This document shows, one piece after another, positions 25,898 to 37,358 of a stretch of 64,000 nt of DNA. Source of the DNA: Escherichia phage LHE83; sequence record OQ561750; one strand, given 5' to 3'. The translations under genes were made by a program, and so were the position numbers. The notes under the pieces were generated by a model. It was not told the origin of the DNA. It made no database searches and saw only the letters and a program-made list of their open reading frames with translations. The stretch's first letter is position 1. Each line of letters opens with the position of its first letter.

Positions 25898-28800
25898 TTA
25901 TAATAATGATTTAATTAATGCTTTCAATTCAGCAATTTCAGATTTCAATTCCTTGATTTCGTCAGTATGCTCGTTGATAGTAGCAGTATTTAAACCGATA
26001 ATACCGTTATAGTTCAAACGAAGTAAGCCAGTCTCTTTATCTTCAGTCACAAGTTCAGGCAATACTTCTTGAACTTCCTGAGCGATTAAACCTGCGGATG
26101 GTTTAACTTCGTCTGTAACAGAGTTTTTAAGCAAATAAGTATAACCACCTAAGAGTTTGGATTTCTCTTGAGCGTTATCAATAAGCTTAATTTCCGACTT
26201 ACAGCGAATATCAGAACGGATATAAACGTCGTTAACATCGATATTATCACGAACATACATCCCGGCGTTAACGTTAAGGGCCACGTTGCCAAATGTCTGA
26301 GCAAGTCCGGCTCTAAAACTAAACACACCTTGACCGTTTGCATGTGCGTTGAAAATACCATCGGATTCCCAGACCAATCCAGTGTCAGCGTCACCAATAG
26401 CAATACACGGCGTAGTCCAGGCGGGTTCAACACCGACACCAATACCAGCCCAACCAGAAACAATTCTTCCTGGGGAACTAAACTGACCGTTGGCCTTAAA
26501 TTGATAAACCGCTGCAGGATGACCACTTTCCGGGGTATTTTCTGATGAACGGACAATTATACAACCAGTACCCCATTCAGCATTACCACTGCGTAACGAG
26601 CCTAGTTCTACGCTTGTGTTATATCCATGCCCTGCTGAAGAACTTCGCCCTTTAATAATAGGATAGTACACGTTCCCGTTTAATTCGCCGTGTTCTACAA
26701 ATATAGGGGCTTCAAGACCATACTGCGGGCTAATGGCACCCGGGTTTTGAGAGACCCATCTTGTGGCATTAACGTACATACGGTTTTCACTCATATTAAC
26801 CAAACCAAACCCGCCCGGGCTAAATCCGATTGTCCTGTTATCTGATAAATCAATACCGGTAGTTGTTTTGTAGTTATAAAAAGATACTGAACCGCTTTCA
26901 CCACCTTTACCAACAAACCAACTATTAGCACCACCAACTTCTGAACGAATATGCGAACTATTAGTGGCATTAGGTGCTCTAATTACTAAAGCATCATCGG
27001 CCGCAGCAATAGTCAGCTTACCGGTCATCGTGTCGCCTTCTTTAGCCACACGGGAGGCAATAGCATCATGGATGTTGGTTATATCACCAGCAGAGCTAAA
27101 TAATTTCCAAATATCAGAGAAGATATTACCATTTCGAGCAATAGTAGCTTCACCGCCGCCGACCTGTACGTTATCCGGGAAGTTAACTGTACCGTCAGCA
27201 TTAAATCTTGAGGTATGACCTCCGGTCCCGTCTTCTTTAAGATGGTGTAAAACAAAAGTCCCGGAATTAATTTCAGTACCTAAAGACCAAACAGCTTTTC
27301 CTTGTAAGAATTTTTGCTTAACAATAGGATAATATTTACTTACTGCGTCATCATCAATTTCTTGGAAAACAGGAGCGGCCTGGGCATATTGAATATCATA
27401 ACCACCTGCACCTGCACCATGTCCACCGAATTTAATATAGCCGTTTGCTGCAAAAGAAGCATAACTCAAATCTAGGTCAGGAATAACAACCTTACCTGTA
27501 TCTAAAGCCATACTAAATGGACGGAGTGGGCCTATATCACCGGTCATGCCCTCACCAAATGCAGTAGGAATAATGTGAAGACTTCCTTCTGAACGTCTAA
27601 AAATGACCCCGTAATCGTTGTTCCAGATGCGGAGCCCGTTAACAGCATTTGTAGTAATTTCACCAGCGGTGTGGACCGCTCTATCAACCAAAATATCTTT
27701 TTTAACAACAAGATTTTCGTTAATAGTTTGTTGCCCATTTAATACAGCCTCAATGGTATTATCTTTATTGCGCTGGATATAATGCATCCAACTAATATCA
27801 TCAGATATTTCCATCACGTTTTTACGAAAGCCATCTACTGTATTAAAGGTGTTACCCCATACGGCAATAGACATATTATCAACAGAGCTCTGGCCGGTGG
27901 TATAACCTTTAAAAAGCAAAATCGAGTTGTTATTACGACCGTCAATATTAACAGAACCACCAACAACATCAATATTACCAGGAGTAACTAACAAACCACC
28001 AGCGGTGTTAACGTTTGTAGTACCCTTACCACGGAAATAGTGGTGATAATTGCCACCTTGGTAATAACCTAAAAGAGTTTGACCATCACCAAATGCGTTA
28101 TTATCATGATAAGTAACAACAGTGGCTAATGCATAGTTTTCCGACGGAGGAGTGGTTAAATCGGTACCGTTTACAGAATAACCCATAACCATTTTTCTAA
28201 GACTGGTGGTTTCTGCAGGGCTGTACAGGAAAGTTCTCGTGCCGTTATTAACGCTGAAATAATATCCATCCTGATGCCATTTTAACCCGGTGTCATTATC
28301 GCCAAGAGCAATTGAAGCCGTTCCTAATTCAGAATATCCTTTAGAGTTGCCTGGGGTGCCTACAGAAATAGAATGACCGGCTTTCAATCCGCCAGACCAG
28401 GTAAACGACCAAAGATAAGCTTCTAAGCCATCGCCGGCATACCAGGTTATTCCGTCGTTATCTTTAACTTCATGGAAAATGCTCGAACTAACTGCATTTC
28501 GCATAACACGAAGGTGGTTAATAGCCGTTTCACTTTCAGCCAATGGGTTATTATCGGCCATTGAATAGATATCATAATCGCCTGTCTTCTTCCCATTTGT
28601 AATAACTTTATCGGTCAGAATTTGTGGAGACGAAATAGATTTCCATGCTGATACTTCAGGTGAAGTGAACAAACCATTACCTGAAAATGCATAAGTGCTT
28701 TCGCTTGCAGTAGAATAATCTTGTACACGAATATTAACTACCTGATTGGTCAAACCTGCATTATTAGGAGAAAAGATAATACCACGCTCACGGTCATCGC

Positions 28801-29176
28801 CATCAAAGAAACGAAGGTGAGAAGTTGAAGCGCTCTTAGAAATAAGTTCGCCACCATGGGTCATTATCTGACCTGCAGCAATAATATCACGAGTTACGCG
28901 AGCAATACCGTTGAGATTAAAATCACCAATTTGAGTAAATACACCATTTAGGGTGTAATCGCCGGTCTGGTTGTAGTTACCGTTATGAATAACATTGCCG
29001 TCAATATTACCACCTTTAGCAAAGCCAAGGTCGATAATCGCTCCAGTATCGTCTTTAGTAAAAAGTAATCGGTCCTTTAAGTTAATAGCCAGTTCACCTT
29101 CAGCCAACTGGGCCGGTGTCGGACGTACACCGGCTACTTTACTTCTTTTAAATTGGATTTGCTTTAAAGTAGCCAT
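25898..29176 (-). CDS. 37: long tail fibre distal subunit gp37 with C-terminal intramolecular chaperone-like domain
   Basis: 1092 aa; N-terminus [13 protein letters not shown]...[10 protein letters not shown] matches T4 gp37; last ~105 aa (SDIRCK...[14 protein letters not shown]...) resemble an S74-type autoprocessing chaperone domain. Confidence 0.9.
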   Translation of the reverse strand: MATLKQIQFKRSKVAGVRPTPAQLAEGELAINLKDRLLFTKDDTGAIIDLGFAKGGNIDGNVIHNGNYNQTGDYTLNGVFTQIGDFNLNGIARVTRDIIAAGQIMTHGGELISKSASTSHLRFFDGDDRERGIIFSPNNAGLTNQVVNIRVQDYSTASESTYAFSGNGLFTSPEVSAWKSISSPQILTDKVITNGKKTGDYDIYSMADNNPLAESETAINHLRVMRNAVSSSIFHEVKDNDGITWYAGDGLEAYLWSFTWSGGLKAGHSISVGTPGNSKGYSELGTASIALGDNDTGLKWHQDGYYFSVNNGTRTFLYSPAETTSLRKMVMGYSVNGTDLTTPPSENYALATVVTYHDNNAFGDGQTLLGYYQGGNYHHYFRGKGTTNVNTAGGLLVTPGNIDVVGGSVNIDGRNNNSILLFKGYTTGQSSVDNMSIAVWGNTFNTVDGFRKNVMEISDDISWMHYIQRNKDNTIEAVLNGQQTINENLVVKKDILVDRAVHTAGEITTNAVNGLRIWNNDYGVIFRRSEGSLHIIPTAFGEGMTGDIGPLRPFSMALDTGKVVIPDLDLSYASFAANGYIKFGGHGAGAGGYDIQYAQAAPVFQEIDDDAVSKYYPIVKQKFLQGKAVWSLGTEINSGTFVLHHLKEDGTGGHTSRFNADGTVNFPDNVQVGGGEATIARNGNIFSDIWKLFSSAGDITNIHDAIASRVAKEGDTMTGKLTIAAADDALVIRAPNATNSSHIRSEVGGANSWFVGKGGESGSVSFYNYKTTTGIDLSDNRTIGFSPGGFGLVNMSENRMYVNATRWVSQNPGAISPQYGLEAPIFVEHGELNGNVYYPIIKGRSSSAGHGYNTSVELGSLRSGNAEWGTGCIIVRSSENTPESGHPAAVYQFKANGQFSSPGRIVSGWAGIGVGVEPAWTTPCIAIGDADTGLVWESDGIFNAHANGQGVFSFRAGLAQTFGNVALNVNAGMYVRDNIDVNDVYIRSDIRCKSEIKLIDNAQEKSKLLGGYTYLLKNSVTDEVKPSAGLIAQEVQEVLPELVTEDKETGLLRLNYNGIIGLNTATINEHTDEIKELKSEIAELKALIKSLL

Positions 29177-29184
29177 AATGCCTC

Positions 29185-29832
29185 TTAATAATAACCAAAA
29201 TCTTGAATAGAATCTTTAATAACAATCTGGTCAAAACGAGGGACGTGTCCCGCGTCAGAGGCCGGATTCAGCGAAATAAAGTTAGGAGCAGCAAGCACTC
29301 CGGTCATTGTTTGCATGTTAGTATTATTTATTTGGACCTGTTTTGCGTTATCTACTAACGATAATCCTACTTGAGCTTTAGTAGGGGTGTTGCCGGGGCT
29401 GAATACACGACCTGATTCGTCATATACTTGGCGGAATAATGAATCACCCATTACTGTAAGGCGTTTAGCACCTACTACTGTACTTGGGTCAAATATAACG
29501 AACGGTGTACCATCTTCCGTTTCGTATCCAAAAGCACCTTTAATACGGAAAGAAGCTGTGAACGGGGCTCCGCCAGTTCTTGCTCCTAATTTAATACCAT
29601 ATCCATTGGTATCATTAAAGGTCAGCCCTTTTTCAAAATACACGTTATTCTTATAATTACCACCATTTGCTTTTGAAACAAAATCGTTATCAGTGGCTTG
29701 TGGTTTATTATATTCGGTGTAAACTTTATATGTTTTGTAAAGAAGGTCATTTGATACAGGCGTTAAGGGAAAATTACCTTGGTGCCATAATACTGAACCT
29801 CCTGCTGTAGAACCTAATTTTAAATCTGCCAT
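29185..29832 (-). CDS. 36: long tail fibre hinge subunit gp36
   Basis: 215 aa; N- and C-termini match T4 gp36 as recalled (MADLK.GST.GGSV.WHQGNFPL; HVPRFDQIVIKDS.QDFGYY). Confidence 0.85.
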   Translation of the reverse strand: MADLKLGSTAGGSVLWHQGNFPLTPVSNDLLYKTYKVYTEYNKPQATDNDFVSKANGGNYKNNVYFEKGLTFNDTNGYGIKLGARTGGAPFTASFRIKGAFGYETEDGTPFVIFDPSTVVGAKRLTVMGDSLFRQVYDESGRVFSPGNTPTKAQVGLSLVDNAKQVQINNTNMQTMTGVLAAPNFISLNPASDAGHVPRFDQIVIKDSIQDFGYY

Positions 29833-29891
29833 TTGAGTTTCCTTTGGGAGTTATAGCCTTTTATATATTTATGGTCGTAGAAAACGAAAAA

Positions 29892-29907
29892 GGAACCCGA
29901 AGGTTCC
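29892..29907 (-). terminator. hairpin (GGAACC-UUCG-GGUUCC) followed by U-rich tract on the minus strand, after gene 35
   Basis: Minus-strand reading gives stem-loop then TTTTTCGTTTT. Confidence 0.5.
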
Positions 29908-31029
29908 TTAATATTTTTCTCTAAATTCAGCGACCCAAACCTGACCAGGTTTAGTGCCTGTTTTATCATATAGCTGGGCTATGGTAGTACCCATATTTTT
30001 AGTTTCCGTACCAAAGTTCATACGAATACCGTTAACACCAAATTCAGCAGGTTTTGGCCGAGGTTCTGATTCAGATATCTCACCGAACATAACATTTCGA
30101 ACTCCACCTTGTCCGGCCGAAGCTGTTTTTCTGGCATAAAGGGTAAAGTCTGTAGTACCTTCAGGAACCATTACTACCCGTTCAAATGTCATCCATGCAC
30201 CAGCAGGAACGTTGGAAGGAACGTCCATATTAACTGTCCCGGTTAAAGCGCCTGAGGCATTAAAAAATCTAACAGACATCTGAGAGGTCCCGACGTCTTT
30301 TAAAGCTTGGTCACACATTAATTGAAACTTAAGGTAAAAGAATTCACCTGGTTTCATATTATAATCTGTTAATGGGGTAGTAGGAGATTCGGTAGGAAAT
30401 CGCTTAATTTCATCTCCATCATTGCTTAGATAAGTGCTTTCATCTTCAACAATTCTGACAGGATATCCTGTACCACCGACGTCGCTGATATCATCAAATA
30501 CCACTTCTAACGGAGTAGAAACATCTTCGACAAATACCCCATCATTATAAAGCACATGTTCCATTACTATGGTATTCCTTCCTGAAACATAAAATGCAGA
30601 ATAAGACGGCTCGAAGCGGTCTATTAGCCATTTAGATGGAAATGCAGTACTTCCTGCTGCACGGAACCAATCGATAAGTTTTTGTGAAGCATTTAATCTA
30701 CCAGAAGATACTAAACAAACTATTCTATTAGCCGGTATAGAATTTATATATGTTATAAAAGCTTCAGAGATAACATCAAAGTCTTTAGTAAAACTATAAG
30801 TTTTGTTAGCAACGATTTTAGGTTCGGCGCTAACATCGATTTCTATAAGGTTTAATCCATTTTGAAAATTCTGGGAACCGAAGTTCCCATCTTGAAATTT
30901 AACATATGCTTTTGTGGTAGACTTAGTACAACTACCCGCTATACTAAGTTTATACCTCACAGCATTGTTTTCAGATAATGTAGGAACCTGGACATATCCT
31001 TGTCCAAATTCTGCCATAAATCTTTCCAT
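29908..31029 (-). CDS. 35: long tail fibre proximal connector gp35
   Basis: 373 aa; position between 34 and 36; N-terminus MERFMAEFGQGY. Confidence 0.8.
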   Translation of the reverse strand: MERFMAEFGQGYVQVPTLSENNAVRYKLSIAGSCTKSTTKAYVKFQDGNFGSQNFQNGLNLIEIDVSAEPKIVANKTYSFTKDFDVISEAFITYINSIPANRIVCLVSSGRLNASQKLIDWFRAAGSTAFPSKWLIDRFEPSYSAFYVSGRNTIVMEHVLYNDGVFVEDVSTPLEVVFDDISDVGGTGYPVRIVEDESTYLSNDGDEIKRFPTESPTTPLTDYNMKPGEFFYLKFQLMCDQALKDVGTSQMSVRFFNASGALTGTVNMDVPSNVPAGAWMTFERVVMVPEGTTDFTLYARKTASAGQGGVRNVMFGEISESEPRPKPAEFGVNGIRMNFGTETKNMGTTIAQLYDKTGTKPGQVWVAEFREKY

Positions 31030-31037
31030 AATACCTC

Positions 31038-34000
31038 TTATTCAATCCACTCAAACTTAACGGATTTAGTGACCGGGTCAGGAATAATACGAACGTTACC
31101 AATACGTAACCAATCAAGGATTGTAATGTTACCCATTGTAGCGTTATCAGCAGGCAATGCACCAACCTCTTCTGCAGAAGGAGGGTTATCTGCGGTATAG
31201 ACCATAGAGAACGTAGTCCACGCGTTTTTATTTTTCTGCCAGGTACGTGTATAACGAATAGTACCACCATTCAATCCTGTAGGATAGCACACCCAATCCT
31301 GATAACATGAATCCAGAGTATTACCAAACTGAGTTAACGTACCAGGATATTTAACTTCCTTATCACGAACAGAATAATCAAACCAAGTACCACGTAATTT
31401 CTGACCTGATGTACTTAGAACTTCGTCACCAAAACTACCGTCTTCGTTACGATAACGAATAGCCGGAGAACTAAATGCGCCTGTTTCTGTTAACCAACCA
31501 GAAGCATTCCATATCTCGTCAGAAACACCAGCAGGTTTAGTTTGGACCGTATCAATATTAACCTGACGTTTCGTTTTCATCGTCCAATAACCAGGGAACA
31601 GGTTAAATGTGGCCGAATCATTGATATCAACAGACCAGAATCCAACTGTTTCTGCAGTAGGGGCCTGGGATGCTAATGTAGGTTTAACACCAACAGAACG
31701 GACGTATTTTTGAGCAACCAAACCATTATTTGCCGATACCTGTCCGGTGGAAACGATAGTACCTGAAGTAGTTACGTTTTGCAACGAAGACAGAGCAGAA
31801 GCATTTAGTGTGGTTGTAGAAACACCGTTAGAAGTGGTTATACCTGTGATATTAGCGTTCTTGGAAATACTAATAGAACCACTATTAACAGCAAAATCAC
31901 CGGTCGTATTAAAGGTCCAGTAGGAAGATTTTAAAGCACCAGAAGCACTGCTGATATGATGGATTTTAAAATCGCCGGAACCGTCATTTAAAGTACCTAA
32001 AGAGAAAGTACCCTGCCCTAATCGTTGCTTAACAATAGGGTGATAACTAGCATCAACAGTAGAATTTATCTCAGAGAAAATAGGTGCAAAATTAGTTGCC
32101 TGAGAATCCCAAGAACCTGCGCCAGACTGGGGTCCTACAAATTTAATAGATTTACCTGAGCTAACAGATACATCATTTTTAAAAGTAGAATTTCCAGTTA
32201 CTTCTAGAGAACCTAAAATAGTATTGCCAGTAATATTAGCAGTACTAGAAGACACTAGAGGAGCTGCCAGGTTCAATTGTTTGGTCAGGGTTAAAGAACC
32301 ATTAACCGTTTGGTCGACGTCTCTACGAATGAACTGAAGTGAATCCAGGCCATCCAATTTCTCGGAGTTCACAGCCGTAGCATTTATAGGTAAAAAGTTC
32401 TGTAAAGTTTTATTCATCTCGTAAGATGAAACAGCATAACCCGTTTTAGGGTAGTTCGCTGCGTTCAGAACAGTATCATCGTTCTCATAAAGGCCTGTGC
32501 CTGAGTTAAATTTAACACCGGAACCGGTAACTTTATTTCCTGAATGGGTTAAAGCACCTTCGGTTAGTTTAACAAATCCACGACGAAGTGCAGTAGCTTC
32601 CCAAGTGGTTTCGGTTTGTACTACATATTTTAAACCAGAAGGGCTTACAGCCAGAACTTTAGAAGTTCCTGCGGTTGTTTCGGTATTCGTTGCAACACGA
32701 ATAATACCTTCAGAACTTTCAGTAGATTTTTTAGAATGCAATTTCAAAGGAGTGATGATAGTTTTGTCATCAGTACCAACGTTGACTTCGGTCTGGGTTG
32801 CCAGGCGAGCAGTACCACGTTGTGTCTCATTTGCTTCTCTAATATCTAGTGTATAATGGTTCCATAAGGTTCCTGATTCAACCAAACCACTGGCTGCTGA
32901 GACAGAAGTTCTAGCAGTATCATTAAATCTTGTTTTAATTTTCAACGGAGTTGAAATAACATTATCTAACGTACCTGCATCAAATTCTACCTGTGTTGCA
33001 ATTCTAGCAATACCAGTCAATCCTTCCGTAGCTTTCCTATCATTTAACGTCTTAGGCGTTACCGCACGAGTATAATCTGTTCCAGTATCAGTCTCTGTTT
33101 GCGTAGCAATTTCAATTAACCCTGTACGAGTATCAAGAGCCACACGAGCATGTAATGTTTCAGGAGAAACAGCACTGTTGGCAAATCCACTTGCCGATTG
33201 ACCTGCGTTAACTTCAGATTGGTTAGAAAGATATACTGTACCCTGTTGAACTTGGGTAGCTTTATACTGGTCGAGAGCTTTAGGAGAAATAACCAAATTG
33301 CCTACGTTCTTATTATAAACGTTAGTACCTACAGTGTCTCTAGCAGTCGCAGGAGTGGTTCCTACAGTAGAGGTATATGTTACAATACCTGAAAGACTTT
33401 CCGAACCCTGGCGTGCTTGTAGCTTCTTAGGAGTGATGATTGTAGTATCATCTGTACCCGTGTTAGTTTCAACTTGCGTAGCAATTTCAGCAACACCACG
33501 GCGAGTTTCGGTTGCAGTACGTTCGTTTAATTTCTTAGGAGAAATAATCAAATCGTCCTGGAATGCGAAGGTTGTGTCCTGGTTCACCTGAGCAGTAGTA
33601 GCAATACGAGCAATACCACGACGAGATTCAGTCGCCACACGATTAGCTAAAGTCTGCGGAGTAATTGCCAGTTCTTTTTCAGGATTATTTTCATGGTCAA
33701 CGTTTGCTTGAGTCTGGGACGCAAGGGCAATAACACCTAAACGAGCACGAGTTAAATCATCTTTAGAATCCACACGTTCTATAGTAGGAACGTTCTGGGC
33801 AACAACCCAATATTTGCCACCTGTAGTGGTGTCTTCGATATAACTCAGTTCAATAACCGGAGTATAACTTATATTGCCATTAAAGGTCAGTACGTCATTC
33901 AATACCCATTCGGTTTCTGGTGGATATTCTGAACGTTTAGGGAATTGAAGCAACTGGACGGATGAAGCAATCTTATCTCCTACGGCAGCCTTAATATTTA

Positions 34001-35090
34001 CTGTCTGAGCTTTACGGAGATAGTTCAGAGCAATCTTAACGACATCGCCCTGGGCCACACCGGTAGGTAATGTGATATTAATTGTCTGGGGTGTCGTGTT
34101 ATTAGGACCAAAAACAATAACACTTTCGTTAGCCAAGAGTTCAACATCGTCACGAATTACACGTAAACGAGTTTGTCGGTCGCCGTCCCAAACATACCAT
34201 AATTTTTCGGTAGAGTTATAAACAAAGAATCCATCACCTGAAGTACGGAATTCCATGCTATGCTGGCCAGGCTTACCTAATGAAGATGACGCATCAAATG
34301 TTTCAACGATTAAGTGGAATTTACTTCCTAAACCATCGATATCAACGGTTTTAATAATATCACCTTGGTTCGCATACTTAGGAAGAGTAAACTTAATTAC
34401 TGCACCTGAAGTATAACGACGTAAAACGTTATCACCCGCTTGTGATTGGAACTGGGCGGTGTTCGGTTCTACACGAATACCACGTTCTTCATTAGCTGCT
34501 TCCCAGAAATGCCATAAACGGTTGGCAAAGATAATCATATTATAGGAAAAAGGCTTCGTAATTAAGGTCTCAGTGAACTGGTTACCGAAACGGACAATTT
34601 TCTGATTACCACCACCTGGAGCAGAACTAGACTGGAGCTTAATTTCATTATAACCTACACGGCCACCAATATCCTTGATTACGATGGTATCACCATCAGT
34701 AGGGTTCGGAGGCAGGGTAAATGTAGTAAAGCTAGCAGCAGAATCCACAGCAATATATTCACCGGAAGCCAGCTGGCGTGTAGGAGATGCTACGGTAATC
34801 CATTTAGGGTCAGTACGGGTAGCAGTCCAATAACCAGGTACAAAGGTTCCTGCTGGAGCATTGATATCACGTTGAGCAACCCAGATACGTTGGTCATGGA
34901 TTACGGCAAACCCTTTCTTATATCCGCGCGTCTCGTCGTACGCCTGGATGGTGTTCTCATCTATAAAGAATTCAACGTTGACGCCGTCGTCTAATACATT
35001 GTAATCGGCTTTGGCAACATTGATAACTTTCTCGCCTGCAGCATCGAGTCCGGATGTAGCACGGAAGGCAGGTTTTAAAATATCGGCCAT
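31038..35090 (-). CDS. 34: long tail fibre proximal subunit gp34
   Basis: 1350 aa; N-terminus MADILKPAF...NVAKADYNVLDDGVNVEF matches T4 gp34 as recalled. Confidence 0.9.
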   Translation of the reverse strand: MADILKPAFRATSGLDAAGEKVINVAKADYNVLDDGVNVEFFIDENTIQAYDETRGYKKGFAVIHDQRIWVAQRDINAPAGTFVPGYWTATRTDPKWITVASPTRQLASGEYIAVDSAASFTTFTLPPNPTDGDTIVIKDIGGRVGYNEIKLQSSSAPGGGNQKIVRFGNQFTETLITKPFSYNMIIFANRLWHFWEAANEERGIRVEPNTAQFQSQAGDNVLRRYTSGAVIKFTLPKYANQGDIIKTVDIDGLGSKFHLIVETFDASSSLGKPGQHSMEFRTSGDGFFVYNSTEKLWYVWDGDRQTRLRVIRDDVELLANESVIVFGPNNTTPQTINITLPTGVAQGDVVKIALNYLRKAQTVNIKAAVGDKIASSVQLLQFPKRSEYPPETEWVLNDVLTFNGNISYTPVIELSYIEDTTTGGKYWVVAQNVPTIERVDSKDDLTRARLGVIALASQTQANVDHENNPEKELAITPQTLANRVATESRRGIARIATTAQVNQDTTFAFQDDLIISPKKLNERTATETRRGVAEIATQVETNTGTDDTTIITPKKLQARQGSESLSGIVTYTSTVGTTPATARDTVGTNVYNKNVGNLVISPKALDQYKATQVQQGTVYLSNQSEVNAGQSASGFANSAVSPETLHARVALDTRTGLIEIATQTETDTGTDYTRAVTPKTLNDRKATEGLTGIARIATQVEFDAGTLDNVISTPLKIKTRFNDTARTSVSAASGLVESGTLWNHYTLDIREANETQRGTARLATQTEVNVGTDDKTIITPLKLHSKKSTESSEGIIRVATNTETTAGTSKVLAVSPSGLKYVVQTETTWEATALRRGFVKLTEGALTHSGNKVTGSGVKFNSGTGLYENDDTVLNAANYPKTGYAVSSYEMNKTLQNFLPINATAVNSEKLDGLDSLQFIRRDVDQTVNGSLTLTKQLNLAAPLVSSSTANITGNTILGSLEVTGNSTFKNDVSVSSGKSIKFVGPQSGAGSWDSQATNFAPIFSEINSTVDASYHPIVKQRLGQGTFSLGTLNDGSGDFKIHHISSASGALKSSYWTFNTTGDFAVNSGSISISKNANITGITTSNGVSTTTLNASALSSLQNVTTSGTIVSTGQVSANNGLVAQKYVRSVGVKPTLASQAPTAETVGFWSVDINDSATFNLFPGYWTMKTKRQVNIDTVQTKPAGVSDEIWNASGWLTETGAFSSPAIRYRNEDGSFGDEVLSTSGQKLRGTWFDYSVRDKEVKYPGTLTQFGNTLDSCYQDWVCYPTGLNGGTIRYTRTWQKNKNAWTTFSMVYTADNPPSAEEVGALPADNATMGNITILDWLRIGNVRIIPDPVTKSVKFEWIE

Positions 35091-35122
35091 TTTATTTCCT
35101 TTTCGTTTTCAGGGTATAGAAC

Positions 35123-35130
35123 TATTTATA
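35123..35130 (-). promoter_or_regulatory. late promoter TATAAATA for gene 34
   Basis: Exact TATAAATA on minus strand about 33 nt upstream of gp34 ATG. Confidence 0.6.
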
Positions 35131-35137
35131 GCAAAGT

Positions 35138-35166
35138 GTTTACTTCTTCTAGGGTCGTGATATAAT
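35138..35166 (+). promoter_or_regulatory. early promoter for rnh (GTTTAC, 17 bp, TATAAT), divergent from the gene 34 late promoter
   Basis: Consensus hexamers; leader hairpin TGAACCTCT / AGAGGTTCA spans the SD. Confidence 0.55.
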
Positions 35167-35197
35167 GAACCTCTACACTAATTGGACAGAGGTTCAT

Positions 35198-36145
35198 ATG
35201 AACGATTTAGATTTTTTACTTCCTGAAGAAGACCAACAAAAAGATGGATTTTTACTCCTAGATTTCAGCCAAATCATTATGGCTGCAGCTTTCCAAGAGT
35301 TTGGTGAGAATGCTGGATTTCCTAAAGTAACTACCGCAATGCTTCGACACCTCGTGTTGAATTCAATTAAGAAAAACATTAAAGACTTCCGTAAACAAGG
35401 TTACAACCAATTAATTATTTGTGTTGATAACTCCAAATCAGGTTATTGGCGTCGTCGTTATTCTTCTTATTATAAGAAAAACCGTGCTAAGGCTCGTGAC
35501 GAATCACCATTTGACTGGGAAGGCCTATTTACAGCAATGCATATTATTGTCGATGAATTGGAACATAATATGCCTTATATTGTTATGAATATCGATACAA
35601 TCGAGGCTGATGACCATATTGCTGTATTGACTCGTATCCTTACGGCTTTAGGTCACCCTGTTATGATTGGTTCTTCTGATGGTGACTTTACCCAACTTCA
35701 TAAATTCCCTGGTGTAAAACAATGGTCCCCAATGCAGAAAAAATTCGTCAAAACAAAATCTGGTGATGCATTGCTTGATTGCGTGACTAAGGTTGTTAAA
35801 GGTGACCGTAAAGATAACGTCGCGAGTATTAAAGTTCGTGGTGATTACTGGTTGACGATGGTTGAAGGCGAACGTACTCCTAGCACTCGTGCCAAGGAAC
35901 TTGAAGCAATTGCTCTGAATTATTATGACCATGATATAATTAAAACACTTCTTACTGAAGAACAATATGAACGTTTCTGTGAAAACCAAATCTTAATTGA
36001 TATGGACTTTATTCCAGATGATATTGTTGCTTTAATTACTGAAAGATATAATACGTATAACAAACCTTCGAAATCTAAAGTTTATCCTTATTTCGTTAAA
36101 TCAGGTTTGTCTAAACTAACTGCTACAGTAGCTGATTTTTATTAA
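35198..36145 (+). CDS. rnh: RNase H (5'-3' exonuclease, FEN family)
   Basis: 315 aa from ATG 35198; colinear with T4 RNase H as recalled (CIDN.KSGYWRR, SSDGDFTQLHK, KGD.KDNVAS). Confidence 0.85.
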   Translation: MNDLDFLLPEEDQQKDGFLLLDFSQIIMAAAFQEFGENAGFPKVTTAMLRHLVLNSIKKNIKDFRKQGYNQLIICVDNSKSGYWRRRYSSYYKKNRAKARDESPFDWEGLFTAMHIIVDELEHNMPYIVMNIDTIEADDHIAVLTRILTALGHPVMIGSSDGDFTQLHKFPGVKQWSPMQKKFVKTKSGDALLDCVTKVVKGDRKDNVASIKVRGDYWLTMVEGERTPSTRAKELEAIALNYYDHDIIKTLLTEEQYERFCENQILIDMDFIPDDIVALITERYNTYNKPSKSKVYPYFVKSGLSKLTATVADFY

Positions 36146-36155
36146 GGTGAATATA

Positions 36156-36425
36156 ATGGCTAAAGAAAAAGTGAAAGTTGAATTCAATCAAGAAGAACAC
36201 GGTAACACATTGGCACAACTGATTAAGTCTGCTTCCGATACTAAATTAAAAATGGAAGCTTATGGCGACGAAATTAAAGATATCAAAGACCGTGCTAAGA
36301 CTGAACTTGGTGTAGACGGTAAAATGTTTAACCAGCTGTTCTCACTGTACCATAAAGGCACTCGTGAACGTTTCGAAGACGAAAAAACTGAAGTGGTAGA
36401 ACTGTATGACACAATCTTTGAATGA
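36156..36425 (+). CDS. dsbA: dsDNA-binding protein DsbA
   Basis: 89 aa from ATG 36156 with AAGGTGA SD; position rnh-dsbA-33. Confidence 0.6.
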   Translation: MAKEKVKVEFNQEEHGNTLAQLIKSASDTKLKMEAYGDEIKDIKDRAKTELGVDGKMFNQLFSLYHKGTRERFEDEKTEVVELYDTIFE

Positions 36426-36708
36426 TTTTGATGGAGCGGTTAATACCGCTTCCGAACCTGTCCATGTATTAGTAAACAAACAACAGAATGGCCTTGATAT
36501 TGAGGCCTTTGTTGAAGCTGAAGGTTGTAGTTACCTCGAAGCGGCTACCGCATGGTTGGAAGAGAATAGCATCCCTGAAGGTAACTTTGCTCGTTATTTG
36601 CCTGCAGGAATTATTGATAAAATTATGAACGAAGCCATTGATGATAACTTGCTTCGACCTTCAATGGCTCGAACGCAAAAAACTAATACTCTGGATTTCT
36701 TGTTATGA
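36406..36708 (+). CDS. 33: late transcription co-activator gp33
   Basis: 100 aa; C-terminus ...LLRPS...KTNTLDFLL; position between dsbA and 59. Confidence 0.6.
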   Translation: MTQSLNDFDGAVNTASEPVHVLVNKQQNGLDIEAFVEAEGCSYLEAATAWLEENSIPEGNFARYLPAGIIDKIMNEAIDDNLLRPSMARTQKTNTLDFLL

Positions 36709-37358
36709 TTAAGATTCGCATGCCACCAAACAATAACCGTATGGTGAATGGTAAGAGCGTATATTCACTATACTTAATGCTCAAACATCACTTCAATGCC
36801 AAATACGACGTTATAAAATATAACTGGGTCATGCGAATCTCTGATACGGCTTATCAAAAACGTCGTGACAAATATTTCTTTGAGAAATTGAGTGATAAAT
36901 ACACTTTGAAAGAGCTTGCTCTTATCTTCATGAGTAACTTGGTGGCTAACCAAGATGCATGGATTGGCGATATCAGTGATGCTGACGCCTTAGTCTTTTA
37001 CCGAGAATATATCGGTAGACTTAAAAGAATAAAACAAGTTTTTGAGGATGATATCAAAAACATTTATTATTTTAGTAAGAAAGTGGAAGTTCAAGCGCTT
37101 TCTGAAATTTTTGATTATAATAAAAAAGTTAACTCGAGCTATATTTTTAAGCTCCTTCAATCGAATGTTATTTCATTCGAAACGTTTATTTTGCTTGATT
37201 CATTTATGGATATAATTGATAAACATGATGAACAGACCAACGATTTAGTGTGGTCTAAGTATTCGACTAAATTAAATGCTTATAAGAAAATTCTTATAAT
37301 TGATAATTTAGAAGCTCGTAAATTGTTCATCGAAACAATTAAGGGTTGCAAATTTTGA
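36705..37358 (+). CDS. 59: helicase loader gp59
   Basis: 217 aa; near-colinear with T4 gp59 as recalled (GKSVY.LYLM.K.H..KYDVIKYNW). Confidence 0.9.
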   Translation: MIKIRMPPNNNRMVNGKSVYSLYLMLKHHFNAKYDVIKYNWVMRISDTAYQKRRDKYFFEKLSDKYTLKELALIFMSNLVANQDAWIGDISDADALVFYREYIGRLKRIKQVFEDDIKNIYYFSKKVEVQALSEIFDYNKKVNSSYIFKLLQSNVISFETFILLDSFMDIIDKHDEQTNDLVWSKYSTKLNAYKKILIIDNLEARKLFIETIKGCKF

